From an uncultured Alphaproteobacteria bacterium (GTDB taxonomy: Bacteria > Pseudomonadota > Alphaproteobacteria > Rhizobiales > Xanthobacteraceae), in assembly GCA_963697015.1 (NCBI GenBank), contig CAVOML010000024.1, positions 12,227-76,226 on the forward strand: 64,000 nt of DNA. The letters run 5' to 3'. A program made the position numbers and the translations under genes. Every line of letters starts with the position of its first letter. Position 1 is the first letter of the stretch. Positions 43,982 through 54,770 of the stretch are shown here, in pieces. The notes beneath the pieces were generated by a model that was given only the letters and a program-made list of their open reading frames with translations, was not told the origin of the DNA and did no database searches.

Positions 43982-44308
43982 ATGTTACGATGGACGCTGC
44001 CCCTGTTGCTCACGATCGCGACGACCGGCGCGGCGTTCGGCGCTGATTTGGCCTACAAGCGCCGCTATGCCCCGGCGCCTCAGGTCTATGTCGCGCCGGC
44101 GCCACCGCGGCCGGTCTATGTCGAAGACCCCGCGCTGATTTCGCCGCCGACCACGCCGATCCTGCCGGGCTCATCGACCTTGCCCGGCTATTACGGGCGG
44201 CCGTTCGATTACTACTATCAGGGTGACTATTACGGCGGCGGGCCGTACCCGAGCTATTTCTTCCGCCTGCCCTACGCCTGCGGCGTCACCGGCTACTGCG
44301 AATACTAG
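43982..44308 (+). CDS. Secreted Pro/Tyr/Gly-rich hypothetical protein
   Basis: Signal peptide ending AFG-AD; Pro-rich middle; terminal [12 protein letters not shown]. Confidence 0.75.
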   Translation: MLRWTLPLLLTIATTGAAFGADLAYKRRYAPAPQVYVAPAPPRPVYVEDPALISPPTTPILPGSSTLPGYYGRPFDYYYQGDYYGGGPYPSYFFRLPYACGVTGYCEY

Positions 44309-45396
44309 CTGACCTGCGCTGCCGGCGCGGCGATCTCTCGCGGCTCGGCTTCGACCTGCCCCGCGGCGAGCCGCTCGGCCTGCATCACCGCCAGCGCCAG
44401 CACCGCAATCGCGACGGCCTGATGCAATAGCGCGAGCCCGATCGGCACCTGATTCAGCAGCGTCAGAATCCCGAGCGTCGCCTGCAGCGTAACCGCGCCG
44501 ACCAACCAGAGCGCGCCGTTCATCACCACAGTGCCAGCGCGCGAGCGCACCGCATCCACGGCATGAAAGACCGCCAGCGCAAACAGCGCATAAGCGATCA
44601 TCCGATGCTCGAACTGCACGGTGAGGGTATTTTCAAACAGATTGCGCCACCACGGCTGCTCGAACCACAGCCGGTCGCCCGACGGAACCAACGCGCCGTC
44701 GATTTCCGGCCACGTGTTGTAGACGAGCCCCGCGCGCAGGCCCGCGACCAGCGCGCCGAGATAGAGTTGGACGAACGTCAGGCCGACCAACACAGTGCCG
44801 GTGATCTTCAACCCCGCGGATGCAACGAGCGGCGACCGCTCGCCGAGCCGCCGCAAGGTCCAGACAATCGCCGCGAAAATCAACAGCGCCAGCACCAGAT
44901 GCGTGGCGAGCCGATATTGCGAGACCTCGGTGCGCTCGGAAAGGCCCGAGGCCACCATCCACCAGCCGACCGCGCCCTGCAGCGCGCCGAGACCGAAGAT
45001 CAGCCACAGCCGCCGTTTCAGTTCGCCGCTCATCCCGCGGCGCCACAGGAAGAACAGGAACGGCAACAGATAGACCATGCCAATCACGCGGCCGAGCAGC
45101 CGATGGCTCCATTCCCACCAGAAGATGGTCGTGAATTCCGACAATGTCATCCCGGCGTTGAGCGACTTGTATTGCGGGATCAGCTTGTAGGCGTCGAACG
45201 CCCGCTCCCACTCCGCCTGGCTGAGCGGCGGCAGCGCGCCGGTGACCGGCTTCCACTCGGTGATCGACAGCCCGGACTCGGTCAGCCGCGTCGCGCCGCC
45301 GACCAGCACCATCAGCGCGATTAAGGCCGCGACCGTGAACAGCCAGACGCGGATCGCGCGGTTTGACGGGGCTTGCCTTGCTTGTATGGCGATCAT
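44305..45396 (-). CDS. ctaA: Heme A synthase (COX15/CtaA type 2)
   Basis: [39 protein letters not shown]. Confidence 0.95.
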   Translation of the reverse strand: MIAIQARQAPSNRAIRVWLFTVAALIALMVLVGGATRLTESGLSITEWKPVTGALPPLSQAEWERAFDAYKLIPQYKSLNAGMTLSEFTTIFWWEWSHRLLGRVIGMVYLLPFLFFLWRRGMSGELKRRLWLIFGLGALQGAVGWWMVASGLSERTEVSQYRLATHLVLALLIFAAIVWTLRRLGERSPLVASAGLKITGTVLVGLTFVQLYLGALVAGLRAGLVYNTWPEIDGALVPSGDRLWFEQPWWRNLFENTLTVQFEHRMIAYALFALAVFHAVDAVRSRAGTVVMNGALWLVGAVTLQATLGILTLLNQVPIGLALLHQAVAIAVLALAVMQAERLAAGQVEAEPREIAAPAAQVS

Positions 45397-45492
45397 CTCA
45401 CGTGGAACTTGAATGAATTGTCGCGCCCCTTATAGTCCGCCGCGATATCAGCGCAAGCAACGCTTTGAAGCGAAATCCCGCACATTTCCGTC

Positions 45493-45699
45493 ATGACCAT
45501 CCGCACCCGCAAATTTCTTGGAGCCATCGCCCTGATCGTGCTGGCGGCCGTGTGGGCGCTGGTCGGGATGGCAGTTGCGCAGATGCCGTTTCTGGTGCAA
45601 TCAGGCCTGCTGCAGGCGATCTTCTATGTGGTCGCCGGAATGGGCTGGGTGCTTCCGGCCATGCCGATCGTAAGCTGGATGTCACGCCCGGACGCTTAA
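45493..45699 (+). CDS. DUF2842-like small membrane protein
   Basis: RKFLGAIAL...GMGWVLPAMPIVSWM, two TM helices. Confidence 0.8.
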   Translation: MTIRTRKFLGAIALIVLAAVWALVGMAVAQMPFLVQSGLLQAIFYVVAGMGWVLPAMPIVSWMSRPDA

Positions 45700-46744
45700 A
45701 TCTCGGCCTTTGGTGTCGGCCTCACCGGCGCAAAGCTCGCCCCCGAGAGCACCACGCGCATCGCACGCAACGATGTGATCCGTCCGTCCCAGGCAATGCG
45801 CGGCAATGCGTGCAGGTTGGTACGGCCCGCGGTGTCGACGATGCCCGCAATGGTCGAGACGGCGCTGGAAAATCCGGCATCCCGTGCCATCATCACATGG
45901 GTGCGCCGGAACGAGTCGCGATCGCCGAACGGAAAAGCGAAATGCGTGACGTTGCGATGGAACGCCGCTTCCGCCACCGCCTTGCCCATGGTCATCTCGC
46001 GCAGCGCATCGCTTTCCTTCAGATTTGACAGCGCCGGGTAATTCACCGTGGCGCAGCCGATCGTCGCCAGCGGGTCGGCGGCTATTCTGGCAAGGTCACT
46101 CCAGTCCATCATGGACTCGCGCGTGAGCGCGGCGAGGTCAACGGAATAGCGCTTGCAGAGATCACCGATCGCGGCCGAGAGTTCCGGCGGCGGCAACTGG
46201 CGCAGCCAGCTCGAGAGGAACTCGTAAGTCTCGTTCTTTTCCGTAAGCGTCCGGGTCGAGAAACGCTGCTCGTTCCGGTCGATCATCAGACTGACGCGGT
46301 TCTCCTTCGCGATTGTCCTTTCCAGCGCGAGCCACCAGGCCGCGCCGACGCCGTCGGGGAAGGCGGTCGGCACATAGACCGTGAATGGAACGTGGTGGTA
46401 CACGAGGATCGGATAGACCGCGCGGACGACGTCCTTGTAGGCGCCGTCGAATGTCAGGCAGACGAAACGCCGCGGCTGCGGCAGGATAACCGCGCGCCGG
46501 CAGGCCTCGTCCATGGTGACAAAGTCGTATTTCCAGCGTTTGAGCGCACGCACGGTGCGATCGAGGAATTTCGGCGTGATCTCGTTCGCCTTCAGCGGCT
46601 GGAACCGCCCCCGCGCCGCGAAAGCACCCGCTCGAAACGCAGAATCGCGCCGGCCCCGCCGATCTCGCGGCTCTGCCAGGCGCGCCCGCTGAAATAGGCG
46701 AGTTCCAGCTTCAGGCTGGTCAAAAATGAGCTCTCGGACGGCAA
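45696..46744 (-). CDS. Polysaccharide deacetylase (NodB-like); frameshift near 46610
   Basis: LTFDGAY, FAFPFG. The N-terminus (LELAYFSG...GAILRFERV) rejoins FQPLKANEITPKFL after a shift at a G-run. Confidence 0.85.
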
Positions 46745-46851
46745 GATCTCACCCCTCTGCGGTCGGACTGTCATTACCCTTTGTTGACACTTCTTTGCAA
46801 AGGTCGGCTGACGCTCAAAAGTGTAAATTTTTTCCTATCGAAGGTTTCGCG

Positions 46852-48036
46852 ATGACCATCGTTGCGGCGATCGACAGCCGAAAGGCAGAGGCGCCGGCGC
46901 GGTCGAGAACGAGCCGCATCGCGCGCGTCGACATCATCAGCGATCTCGCCGCCGCCGAAACGGCCTGGCGCGAGCTCGAGACGCAGCAATTGGCCACGCC
47001 CTATCAGCGCTTCGACCTGCTCTCGAGCTGGCAGCGTGAAGTCGGCGCCCGCGAAGGTGCACTCCCTTTCATCGTGATCGCGGTCGATGCCGACGGCCGG
47101 CCGCTGATGCTGCTGCCGCTTTCGATCCGGCGCGAAAATGGCATTCGCATCGCCTCCTTCATGGGCGGCAAACATGCCACCTTCAACATGGCGCTGTGGG
47201 ACAAGGACTTCGCCCGCGATGCCACCGCGGCCGACCTCGCTGTGGTGCTCTCGGGCCTGCGCGCGAAGGACGCCGCCGATGTTCTCTCGTTCACGCAGCA
47301 GCCGCGGCACTGGCAGGACTTTTTGAATCCCCTCGCCGTGCTGCCGAGCCAGCGCTCGGTCAACGACTGCCCGGTTCTGACCATGGTTCCCGGCGATCCC
47401 CCGACCAACCGGATCAGCAATTCGTTCCGCAAGCGATTGAAGATCAAGGAGCGAAAACTGCAATCGCCCGGCTATCGCTGTCACGTCGCCGACAGCGATG
47501 CCGATATCGAGCGGCTCTTGAACTGGTTCTTCCACGTCAAGCCGATGCGGATGGCCGAGCAGAAACTGCCTCACGTGTTCGCCGAGCCCGGCGTCGAGGA
47601 TTTCCTCCGCAAGGCGTGTCGGGCGAGGCTCGCGGGCGGCGGGCACGCAATCGACATCCACGCGCTCGAATGTGACGACGAAGTGATCGCGATCTTCGCG
47701 GGCGTCGCCGACGGTCATCGCTTCTCGATGATGTTCAACACCTACACCATGTCCGGCCGGACGCGTTACAGCCCCGGACTTATCCTGATGCAGCACATCA
47801 TCGATCATTATGCCGAGCAGCGTTATCGCGCGCTCGATCTGGGGATCGGCTCGGACGAATACAAGCGGCTGTTCTGCAAGGGCGACGAGCCGATCTTCGA
47901 CAGCTTCATCCCGCTCACCGCGCGCGGCAAGATCGCGGCGGTTGCGATGTCAGCTATGAGTCGCGCCAAGCGGCTGGTGAAGAACAACCAGCTGCTGCTT
48001 CAGGTCGCGCAGCGGCTGCGCCACGTATTTCATTGA
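46852..48036 (+). CDS. GNAT/FemAB-like acyltransferase (CelD/BcsL-like)
   Basis: TPYQRFD, YSPGLILM, DLGIGSDEYKRLF. Confidence 0.85.
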   Translation: MTIVAAIDSRKAEAPARSRTSRIARVDIISDLAAAETAWRELETQQLATPYQRFDLLSSWQREVGAREGALPFIVIAVDADGRPLMLLPLSIRRENGIRIASFMGGKHATFNMALWDKDFARDATAADLAVVLSGLRAKDAADVLSFTQQPRHWQDFLNPLAVLPSQRSVNDCPVLTMVPGDPPTNRISNSFRKRLKIKERKLQSPGYRCHVADSDADIERLLNWFFHVKPMRMAEQKLPHVFAEPGVEDFLRKACRARLAGGGHAIDIHALECDDEVIAIFAGVADGHRFSMMFNTYTMSGRTRYSPGLILMQHIIDHYAEQRYRALDLGIGSDEYKRLFCKGDEPIFDSFIPLTARGKIAAVAMSAMSRAKRLVKNNQLLLQVAQRLRHVFH

Positions 48037-48038
48037 AA

Positions 48039-50240
48039 TCAGGCCGCCGCGCGCGGGCCCGCCTCGGCGGCGCTCGCCGACGCCGGCTTCTCCAGCATGG
48101 TGACATCGGAAAAGCCGACCGACTTCAGCTGCTCGCTCATCAAGGCGCGAGCGTCCGGCGGCATCGCGGCGTCCGGCACCACCACGGCGCGCGCCTGCGC
48201 GGTCAATAGCTCGGCCGGCAGATCGGACGCCGTGCCGGCATCGAGCAGCACGTGATCGTAGACGCGCAGCAGCGCATCGATGGCGAGCGTCATGCGCGGC
48301 GACTGCAATTGTGTCCGGTCAAAGCCAGGGCGTCCCGCATTGACCAGATGGACGCGCGACAGCCGGTCCCTGGTGATCACCTGCGAGAACGAGGCCTCGC
48401 CCTTCATCAATTCCGCCAGTCCCGGCGCGTTGGGATCGACCGAAATCGCCGGGATCGAGGCCGTAGATGCCGCGAGATCGACCACCACGACGCGGGCGTC
48501 GCGCGCAAGCTGCCGCGCCAGCGTCAGCGCCGTCAGGGTGATTTTGTCGCCACCTGCCGTGCCGAGAATCGTCACCTTGTGGCCGGCCTCGCCGGCATGA
48601 CGGAGCCTGTCCGCGAGCTGATCGATCTCGTTCAGCGGCGCGGAGACTTCCTGCCGCGTCTCGCTCAACGGGGGAGCGGCTTCGGGGCCAACCGTAGTGG
48701 TGCCGACCGTGGCGGCGACGGGCGCGCGAACCGCAGCCACTGCCGATGAAGCGATGGCCGCCACCACCGCCCGCGGCGCCGTCATCGCCAGGAGCTCTCC
48801 GGTCACGATCAGGCCGGAGGAAAGCAACAACGTCGCTAGCGTCGCAATCAGCACGACTGGCAGTTTCTTCGGATAGGCCGGCGTGTTGGAGACGATGGCG
48901 CGGGAAATGATGCGGCCGTCGGCCGGGGCGGCATCGATGTTCTCGCGGGTATTGGCCTCGCGATATTTCGCCAGATAGGATTCAAGCAGGTCGCGCTGCG
49001 CCTTGGCCTCCCGCTCAAACGCGCGGAGCTGCACGTCCTGGCCATTGGTCGAGGACGCCTGCTTCTTCAGCTGATCGAGGGCGGCACTAAGACTCTCGAC
49101 CCGGCCGCTGGCGATGCGGGCGTCATTGTCGAGCGAGCGGGAGATTTTGGCGGCTTCGTCGCGGATCTGATGGTCGAGATCGGCGATTTGTGCCTTCAAC
49201 TCCTTGATGCGCGGGTGGTTGTCGAGCAAGGTCGACGACTGCTCGGCGAGCTGCGCGCGCAGCGTCACCCGCTGCTCGGACAGGCGTCGCATCAATTCGG
49301 AATTAAAGACTTCCGATGCCTCGATCGGCTTGCCGCTCTGAAGCATCTCGCGGATCAGCCGCGCCTTGGCTTCGGCATCGGACCTCAGCGCACGTGCATT
49401 GTTAAGCTGGGTGTTCAGCTCGCCCATCTGCTGGTTCGACAGCGTAGTGTTGTTGGTACCGACAAACAGGTTCGACTTCGAGCGGAAATCCTCGACGCGA
49501 GCCTCGGCATCCGCGACCTTCTTGCGCAAATTCTCGATCTCGCCCGACAGCCATTGGCTCGCCGCCTTGGCCTGCTCCTGGCGCGCATTCTGCTGCTGCA
49601 CCAGATAGCCGTCGGCGATCGAGTTGGCGACCTTGGCGGCAAGATCGGGATCGCGCGATTGAAACTCGATGACGATGACGCGGGACTTGTCGACGGCATA
49701 GGCGGTGAGGCGATCGAAATAGGCATCGAGCACCCGCTCTTCCGGCGTCATCGAGAACGGGTCGCGGCCGATCCCGAACAGCGCCAGCAGCGACCGTACG
49801 GGCGACATGCCGCGCAGCACGGGATCGAATTCCGGCCGCTCGGCAAGCTTGTTCTTCTTGATGACCTCGCGCGCCAGATCGCGCGACAGCACGAGCTGAA
49901 CCTGGCTGGTCACAGCCTCGGGATCGAGCGCGGTGCGCTCCTCGTTGCGCTCGCCGCTCGGGCGCAGGAACACGTTCTCGCGCCCGTCGATCAGGATGCG
50001 CGCTTCGGACTTGTAGCGCGGGGTAATCATGTTGACGATCGCGACAGAGACAACGAGCGCCAGCACCGTCGGGACGATGATCCAGCTTCGCTTGCGCGAC
50101 AGCGCGTCACCCAGCGACCGCAGGTCGATGTCACCGGACTGCGAAACCGCCACTGCCTTGACGGGAGCCGGCGCAGGCTTTGCGACGGGCGTTTCGGCCT
50201 GCGCCTTCTCCCCAGCCTTACGCCACAACGCAAAACGCAT
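48039..50240 (-). CDS. GumC/Wzc-like polysaccharide co-polymerase
   Basis: Wzz-type N-terminal TM and PRYKSEARI, long coiled coil, second TM after PAYPKK, degenerate C-terminal P-loop domain. Confidence 0.92.
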   Translation of the reverse strand: MRFALWRKAGEKAQAETPVAKPAPAPVKAVAVSQSGDIDLRSLGDALSRKRSWIIVPTVLALVVSVAIVNMITPRYKSEARILIDGRENVFLRPSGERNEERTALDPEAVTSQVQLVLSRDLAREVIKKNKLAERPEFDPVLRGMSPVRSLLALFGIGRDPFSMTPEERVLDAYFDRLTAYAVDKSRVIVIEFQSRDPDLAAKVANSIADGYLVQQQNARQEQAKAASQWLSGEIENLRKKVADAEARVEDFRSKSNLFVGTNNTTLSNQQMGELNTQLNNARALRSDAEAKARLIREMLQSGKPIEASEVFNSELMRRLSEQRVTLRAQLAEQSSTLLDNHPRIKELKAQIADLDHQIRDEAAKISRSLDNDARIASGRVESLSAALDQLKKQASSTNGQDVQLRAFEREAKAQRDLLESYLAKYREANTRENIDAAPADGRIISRAIVSNTPAYPKKLPVVLIATLATLLLSSGLIVTGELLAMTAPRAVVAAIASSAVAAVRAPVAATVGTTTVGPEAAPPLSETRQEVSAPLNEIDQLADRLRHAGEAGHKVTILGTAGGDKITLTALTLARQLARDARVVVVDLAASTASIPAISVDPNAPGLAELMKGEASFSQVITRDRLSRVHLVNAGRPGFDRTQLQSPRMTLAIDALLRVYDHVLLDAGTASDLPAELLTAQARAVVVPDAAMPPDARALMSEQLKSVGFSDVTMLEKPASASAAEAGPRAAA

Positions 50241-50525
50241 CGCACACTCCCGCCGACGCCACGACTCTACCTGACCACTTCCGATTACACTCCATTAAGG
50301 TTGCCGCTGGGTTAATCCGGCGGTTTTGAGGCCGACAAATGCTGCTCGCAAAACAACGCCGGTCATGTTTTGTTAACCATCAAAGCCCTTAATCGGAATC
50401 AGGATTTTCCCTGAAGGTTGTCTCATGCCCGGCGCGCTTGCCGCCGTCTGTTGCCTTGTTGCGATGCCGGCTCTGCCGGGCTGCATTCGGACGGCTGCCT
50501 TCGACGGCGAAGGCAGGTTCTGAAC

Positions 50526-51656
50526 ATGCCCGCGCCAGACAAGCCGTTGCGTATCCTGCACGCGACGCGTGCACCGGTCGGCGGCATTTTCCGTCACATC
50601 ATCGATCTCGCCAACGGCCAGGCTGGCCGTGGCCACGAGGTCGGGATCATCGCCGACAGCCTCACCGGCGGCGAACGCGCCGACAAGGCGCTGGCCGAGA
50701 TCGCCCCTCGCCTCAAGCTCGGCGTGCATCGCCTCGCCATTCATCGCGAGCCGTGGCCGACGGATTTCCTGGTCTGGCTGCGCTTCCGCAGCCTGATCCG
50801 GCAGTTGAAGCCTGACGTGATGCATGGCCATGGCGCCAAGGCCGGCGCCTTCGCCCGTCTGCGCGCGCGCGCCAACGACACCATTCGCATCTACACGCCC
50901 CATGGCGGCTCGCTGCACTACCCGTCCTCGACCTTCAAGGGCGCACTTTACAGCCGGCTCGAGCGCGCGCTGATGAACAGCACCGATCTGTTCCTGTTCG
51001 AAAGCACCTTCGCGCGCGACACCTACCAACGCATGATCGGCACGCCGAAGGGCCTGGTGCGCTGCGTGTTCAACGGCGTCACCGCGGATGAATTCGACCC
51101 CGTGCCGAAGGCCGATGATGCCACCGACGTCGTCTATGTCGGCGAGTTCCGCCGCATCAAGGGCGCCGATCTCCTGGTCGATGCGGTGGCGCGGCTGCAT
51201 GCCGATGGCAAGCCGGTCACGCTCACGCTCGCCGGCGACGGCGAGGAGATGGCCGCACTGAAGGCGCAGGTCGAGCGGCTTGGACTCTCGCATTCGGTGC
51301 GCTTCATCGGTCATGTCAAGGCGCGCCACGGTTTCTCCAGAGGCCGGTTGCTGGTCGTTCCGTCGCGCGGCAATTCCATGCCTTATGTCGTGATCGAAGC
51401 CGGAGCCGCGGGAATCCCCATGGTGGCAGCCAATGTTGGCGGCATTCCCGAAATCTTCGGAACCCACAACGACGCGCTGTTCGCCCCCGGCATCGTCGGC
51501 GCCATGGCGGATGCGATCGAGATCGCGATGGAGGATCCGGAGGCTGCGCTTGCGCGCGCCAGGGCGCTGCGCGAGCGTATTTTCCTGCACTTCTCGCAGA
51601 AGGCCATGGTCGAAGGCGTGCTGGCGGGCTATCGCGACGCTTTTGCCAATCAGTAA
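50526..51656 (+). CDS. Glycosyltransferase family 4
   Basis: RAPVGGIFRH, HGHGAK, YVGEFRRIKG, EAGAAGIPMVAANVGGIPE. Confidence 0.93.
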   Translation: MPAPDKPLRILHATRAPVGGIFRHIIDLANGQAGRGHEVGIIADSLTGGERADKALAEIAPRLKLGVHRLAIHREPWPTDFLVWLRFRSLIRQLKPDVMHGHGAKAGAFARLRARANDTIRIYTPHGGSLHYPSSTFKGALYSRLERALMNSTDLFLFESTFARDTYQRMIGTPKGLVRCVFNGVTADEFDPVPKADDATDVVYVGEFRRIKGADLLVDAVARLHADGKPVTLTLAGDGEEMAALKAQVERLGLSHSVRFIGHVKARHGFSRGRLLVVPSRGNSMPYVVIEAGAAGIPMVAANVGGIPEIFGTHNDALFAPGIVGAMADAIEIAMEDPEAALARARALRERIFLHFSQKAMVEGVLAGYRDAFANQ

Positions 51657-51774
51657 CCATCGTTTACCAAGCTAACCGTTTCTTCCGAATTGTCCTCTAA
51701 GCCGTCACTGTAGGGGATTTCCGCCTCAACACGTGCGCACCTATGTGCGCGTGGAAGCACGGATTTGGACGACA

Positions 51775-53325
51775 GTGGAACCGATCAACGCGCGCTCGAT
51801 GCTGGATGCCGGAACTTCCGCCGCGGCGATGCCGGCCGAAGGTCAACCGCCGATCGAACGGCGGCGGCGCCTGTCGCCGGCGGCGCTTGCCGTCACCAAC
51901 CAAAAGGTACGCCCGGCCTATTCGCCGATCGTGATCGCAGGCGTGGTGCGCGTGATCGATTTCCTGCAGCTCGGCTTCGTCGGCGTCGGAATCTACCTTT
52001 ACTACGTGATGCCGCTGTCCGGCTTTCACTGGCAATACGTCGCGGCGATCCTCGGCATGAATGCCGCCGCGGTTATCTGCTTCCAGGCAGCCGACATCTA
52101 CCAGGTCCAGGTCTTCCGCGGCCAGCTCCGGCAGATGACGCGGATGATCTCGTCCTGGGCCTTCGTGTTCCTGCTGTTCATCGGCGTCTCGTTCTTCGCC
52201 AAGCTTGGCGGCGAAATTTCGCGGCTGTGGCTGTCCGCATTTTTCTTCATCGGCCTCGCGGTGCTGATTACCGAGCGGTTGATCCTCCGCACGCTGGTCC
52301 GCCGCTGGGCGCGCCAGGGCCGGCTCGACCGCCGCACCGTGATCGTCGGCTCCGACAACAGCGGCGAACAGCTCGTCGAAGCGCTGAAGAACGAGTATGA
52401 CAACGACATCGACGTGCTCGGCGTATTCGACGACCGCAACGACAGCCGCGCGCTCGACACTTGCGCGGGCAGCCCGAAACTCGGCAAGGTCGACGACATC
52501 GTCGAATTTGCCCGCCGCACCCGCGTCGACCTCGTGCTGTTCGCACTGCCGATCTCGGCGGAGACGCGCATCCTCGAAATGCTGAAGAAATTGTGGGTGC
52601 TGCCGGTCGATATCCGGCTCTCCGCCCACACCAACAAGCTGCGCTTCCGCCCCCGCTCCTATTCCTATCTCGGCAAGGTGCCCACCCTCGACGTGTTCGA
52701 GGCGCCGATCACCGACTGGGATCTGGTGATGAAATGGCTGTTCGACCACATCGTCGGTTCGCTGGTCCTGCTCGCGGCGTTGCCGGTGATGGCGCTTGTG
52801 GCGCTCGCAATCAAGCTCGACAGCTCCGGCCCGGTGCTGTTCCGCCAGAAGCGGTTCGGCTTCAACAACGAGCGCATCGACGTCTACAAATTCCGCTCGC
52901 TGTACCACCACCAGGCCGACCCGACCGCGTCCAGGGTCGTGACCAGGGACGATCCGCGCGTCACCCGCGTCGGCCGCTTCATCCGCAAGACCAGCCTTGA
53001 CGAGCTGCCTCAGCTCTTCAACGTCGTGTTCAAGAGCAACCTTTCCCTCGTCGGTCCGCGCCCGCATGCGTTGCAGGGCAAGCTGCAGGCCCGCCTGTTC
53101 GACGAAGCCGTCGACGGCTATTTCGCGCGCCACCGCGTCAAGCCCGGCATCACCGGCTGGGCGCAGATCAACGGCTGGCGCGGCGAGATCGACAACGAGG
53201 AGAAGATCCAGAAGCGTGTCGAGTTCGACCTCTGTTACATCGAGAACTGGTCGGCGCTGTTCGATACCTACATCCTCCTGAAGACGCCGCTGGCGCTTCT
53301 GACCAAGAACGAGAACGCGTACTGA
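51775..53325 (+). CDS. Undecaprenyl-phosphate glucose phosphotransferase (WcaJ/UppE-like)
   Basis: KFRS, DPRVTRVGRFIRKTSLDELPQLFNV, SLVGPRPHA, VKPGITGWAQ. Confidence 0.95.
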   Translation: MEPINARSMLDAGTSAAAMPAEGQPPIERRRRLSPAALAVTNQKVRPAYSPIVIAGVVRVIDFLQLGFVGVGIYLYYVMPLSGFHWQYVAAILGMNAAAVICFQAADIYQVQVFRGQLRQMTRMISSWAFVFLLFIGVSFFAKLGGEISRLWLSAFFFIGLAVLITERLILRTLVRRWARQGRLDRRTVIVGSDNSGEQLVEALKNEYDNDIDVLGVFDDRNDSRALDTCAGSPKLGKVDDIVEFARRTRVDLVLFALPISAETRILEMLKKLWVLPVDIRLSAHTNKLRFRPRSYSYLGKVPTLDVFEAPITDWDLVMKWLFDHIVGSLVLLAALPVMALVALAIKLDSSGPVLFRQKRFGFNNERIDVYKFRSLYHHQADPTASRVVTRDDPRVTRVGRFIRKTSLDELPQLFNVVFKSNLSLVGPRPHALQGKLQARLFDEAVDGYFARHRVKPGITGWAQINGWRGEIDNEEKIQKRVEFDLCYIENWSALFDTYILLKTPLALLTKNENAY

Positions 53326-53347
53326 GCTGATTTCAAAAAAACGCTCT

Positions 53348-53448
53348 CGTCATGCGCCGCGAAAGCGAGGCATCCAGTACGCCGGGATGCTGGCGTCGGA
53401 CGGGGAGGCCTCGGGTTACTGGATCGCCCGGTCAAGCCGGACGATGAC
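53348..53448. repeat. CGTC-type REP dimer
   Basis: CGTCATGCGCCGCGAAAGCGAGGCATCCAGTAC...TACTGGATCGCCCGGTCAAGCCGGACGATGAC. Confidence 0.8.
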
Positions 53449-53492
53449 AGCGACGGTTGTGTGTACGAGTTGCGTAAGCGTGTGAGTCCCTG

Positions 53493-54770
53493 ATGGCCTA
53501 TGCGGCAACAGCCGAAGGTTCGTTTCCGAAGATTGCGGCGCCAGGCGTGTTGGCGCTGCAGCGGGCGCTGGTGTGGCTGGCCGGCGCGTCCGGCGCAGTC
53601 GTCTTCATTGAGCCCAGCCCCTATGAGCTTGTCACGCTGCTCGCGGCGGTCCTGTTCTTTGCCACCGGCATGCGCTTGCGGCTGGTCTTCATGCCGTTGC
53701 TGCTTTTTATCGCAGCCCTCAATGTCGGCTACAGCATAGGCGCCATCCCGCTGATCGAGGATTCCCTCGTCTTCAGCTGGATCGCGACCTCCTGGTACAT
53801 GGCGGTCACCGTGATCTTCCTCGCGATGGTGATCGCGGAAGACACCGCCGCAAGGCTCGACATGCTGCGCCGCGGGCTCATGGTCGGCGCGATGGTCGCC
53901 TCGCTCGCGGCGATCGGCGGCTATTTCAACCTCGTTCCCGGCGGCCATGACCTCTTGACGCTCTATGAGCGCGCGCGCGGCACCTTCAAGGACCCGAACG
54001 TGCTGGGCGCGTTCCTGATCCTGCCGGCTCTGTTTGCGCTGCAGGCTGTCGTCACCGCGCGGTTCTTCAAGGCATCCCGCAACGCCATCGCCTTCGGCAT
54101 CATGTCGCTGGCGATCCTGCTCGCCTTCTCCCGCGCCGCCTGGGGCGGCCTGATCCTGACATCGGCGTTCATGCTCGTGCTGATGGTCCTGACGAGCCGG
54201 ACCCGCGGCGAACGCTCGCGCATCGTAATCATCACTGTCATCGCCGTGCTGGGCGCGGTGCTGCTGCTCGCCGTGCTGCTGTCGTTCGACTCCATCGCCG
54301 AAATGTTCCGCCAGCGCGCGAGCTTCGACCAGAGCTATGACGAAGGCCGCTTCGGCCGCTTCGGCCGCCACATCCTCGGCGCCGACATGGCGCTCGATCT
54401 GCCGTTCGGCATCGGGCCGCTGCAGTTCCATCGCTACTTTCCGGAAGATACCCACAACTCCTATCTCAACGCCTTCATGTCCGGCGGTTGGCTTTCCGGC
54501 ATCTGCTATCCCGCACTTGTCTTCGCCACGGTGATCATCGGCTTCAGGCACGTCTTCGTCCGCGTGCCCTGGCAACGCGCCTATCTGGCGATCTTCGCCG
54601 CCTTCCTCGGCACCGTCGGTGAAAGTTTCATCATCGACACCGACCACTGGCGGCATTTCTGGATGATGCTGGGCGCCATGTGGGGCATGTTTGCCGCCGC
54701 GCAGCCTTACCGGGCAGAAGCCGAGCACACGCGATCTCAGGGCTCCACCGCAAATGTCAGGCCGGCGTGA
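53493..54770 (+). CDS. O-antigen ligase / Wzy-like polymerase
   Basis: Multi-TM; RARGTFKDPN, SRAAWGG, THNSYL. Confidence 0.88.
   Translation: MAYAATAEGSFPKIAAPGVLALQRALVWLAGASGAVVFIEPSPYELVTLLAAVLFFATGMRLRLVFMPLLLFIAALNVGYSIGAIPLIEDSLVFSWIATSWYMAVTVIFLAMVIAEDTAARLDMLRRGLMVGAMVASLAAIGGYFNLVPGGHDLLTLYERARGTFKDPNVLGAFLILPALFALQAVVTARFFKASRNAIAFGIMSLAILLAFSRAAWGGLILTSAFMLVLMVLTSRTRGERSRIVIITVIAVLGAVLLLAVLLSFDSIAEMFRQRASFDQSYDEGRFGRFGRHILGADMALDLPFGIGPLQFHRYFPEDTHNSYLNAFMSGGWLSGICYPALVFATVIIGFRHVFVRVPWQRAYLAIFAAFLGTVGESFIIDTDHWRHFWMMLGAMWGMFAAAQPYRAEAEHTRSQGSTANVRPA

Noticed and set aside
54737-54770. 34-nt tail-to-tail overlap of the Wzy-like gene and the oxidoreductase
   Set aside because: Short convergent overlaps are common, and there is no evidence of a function.
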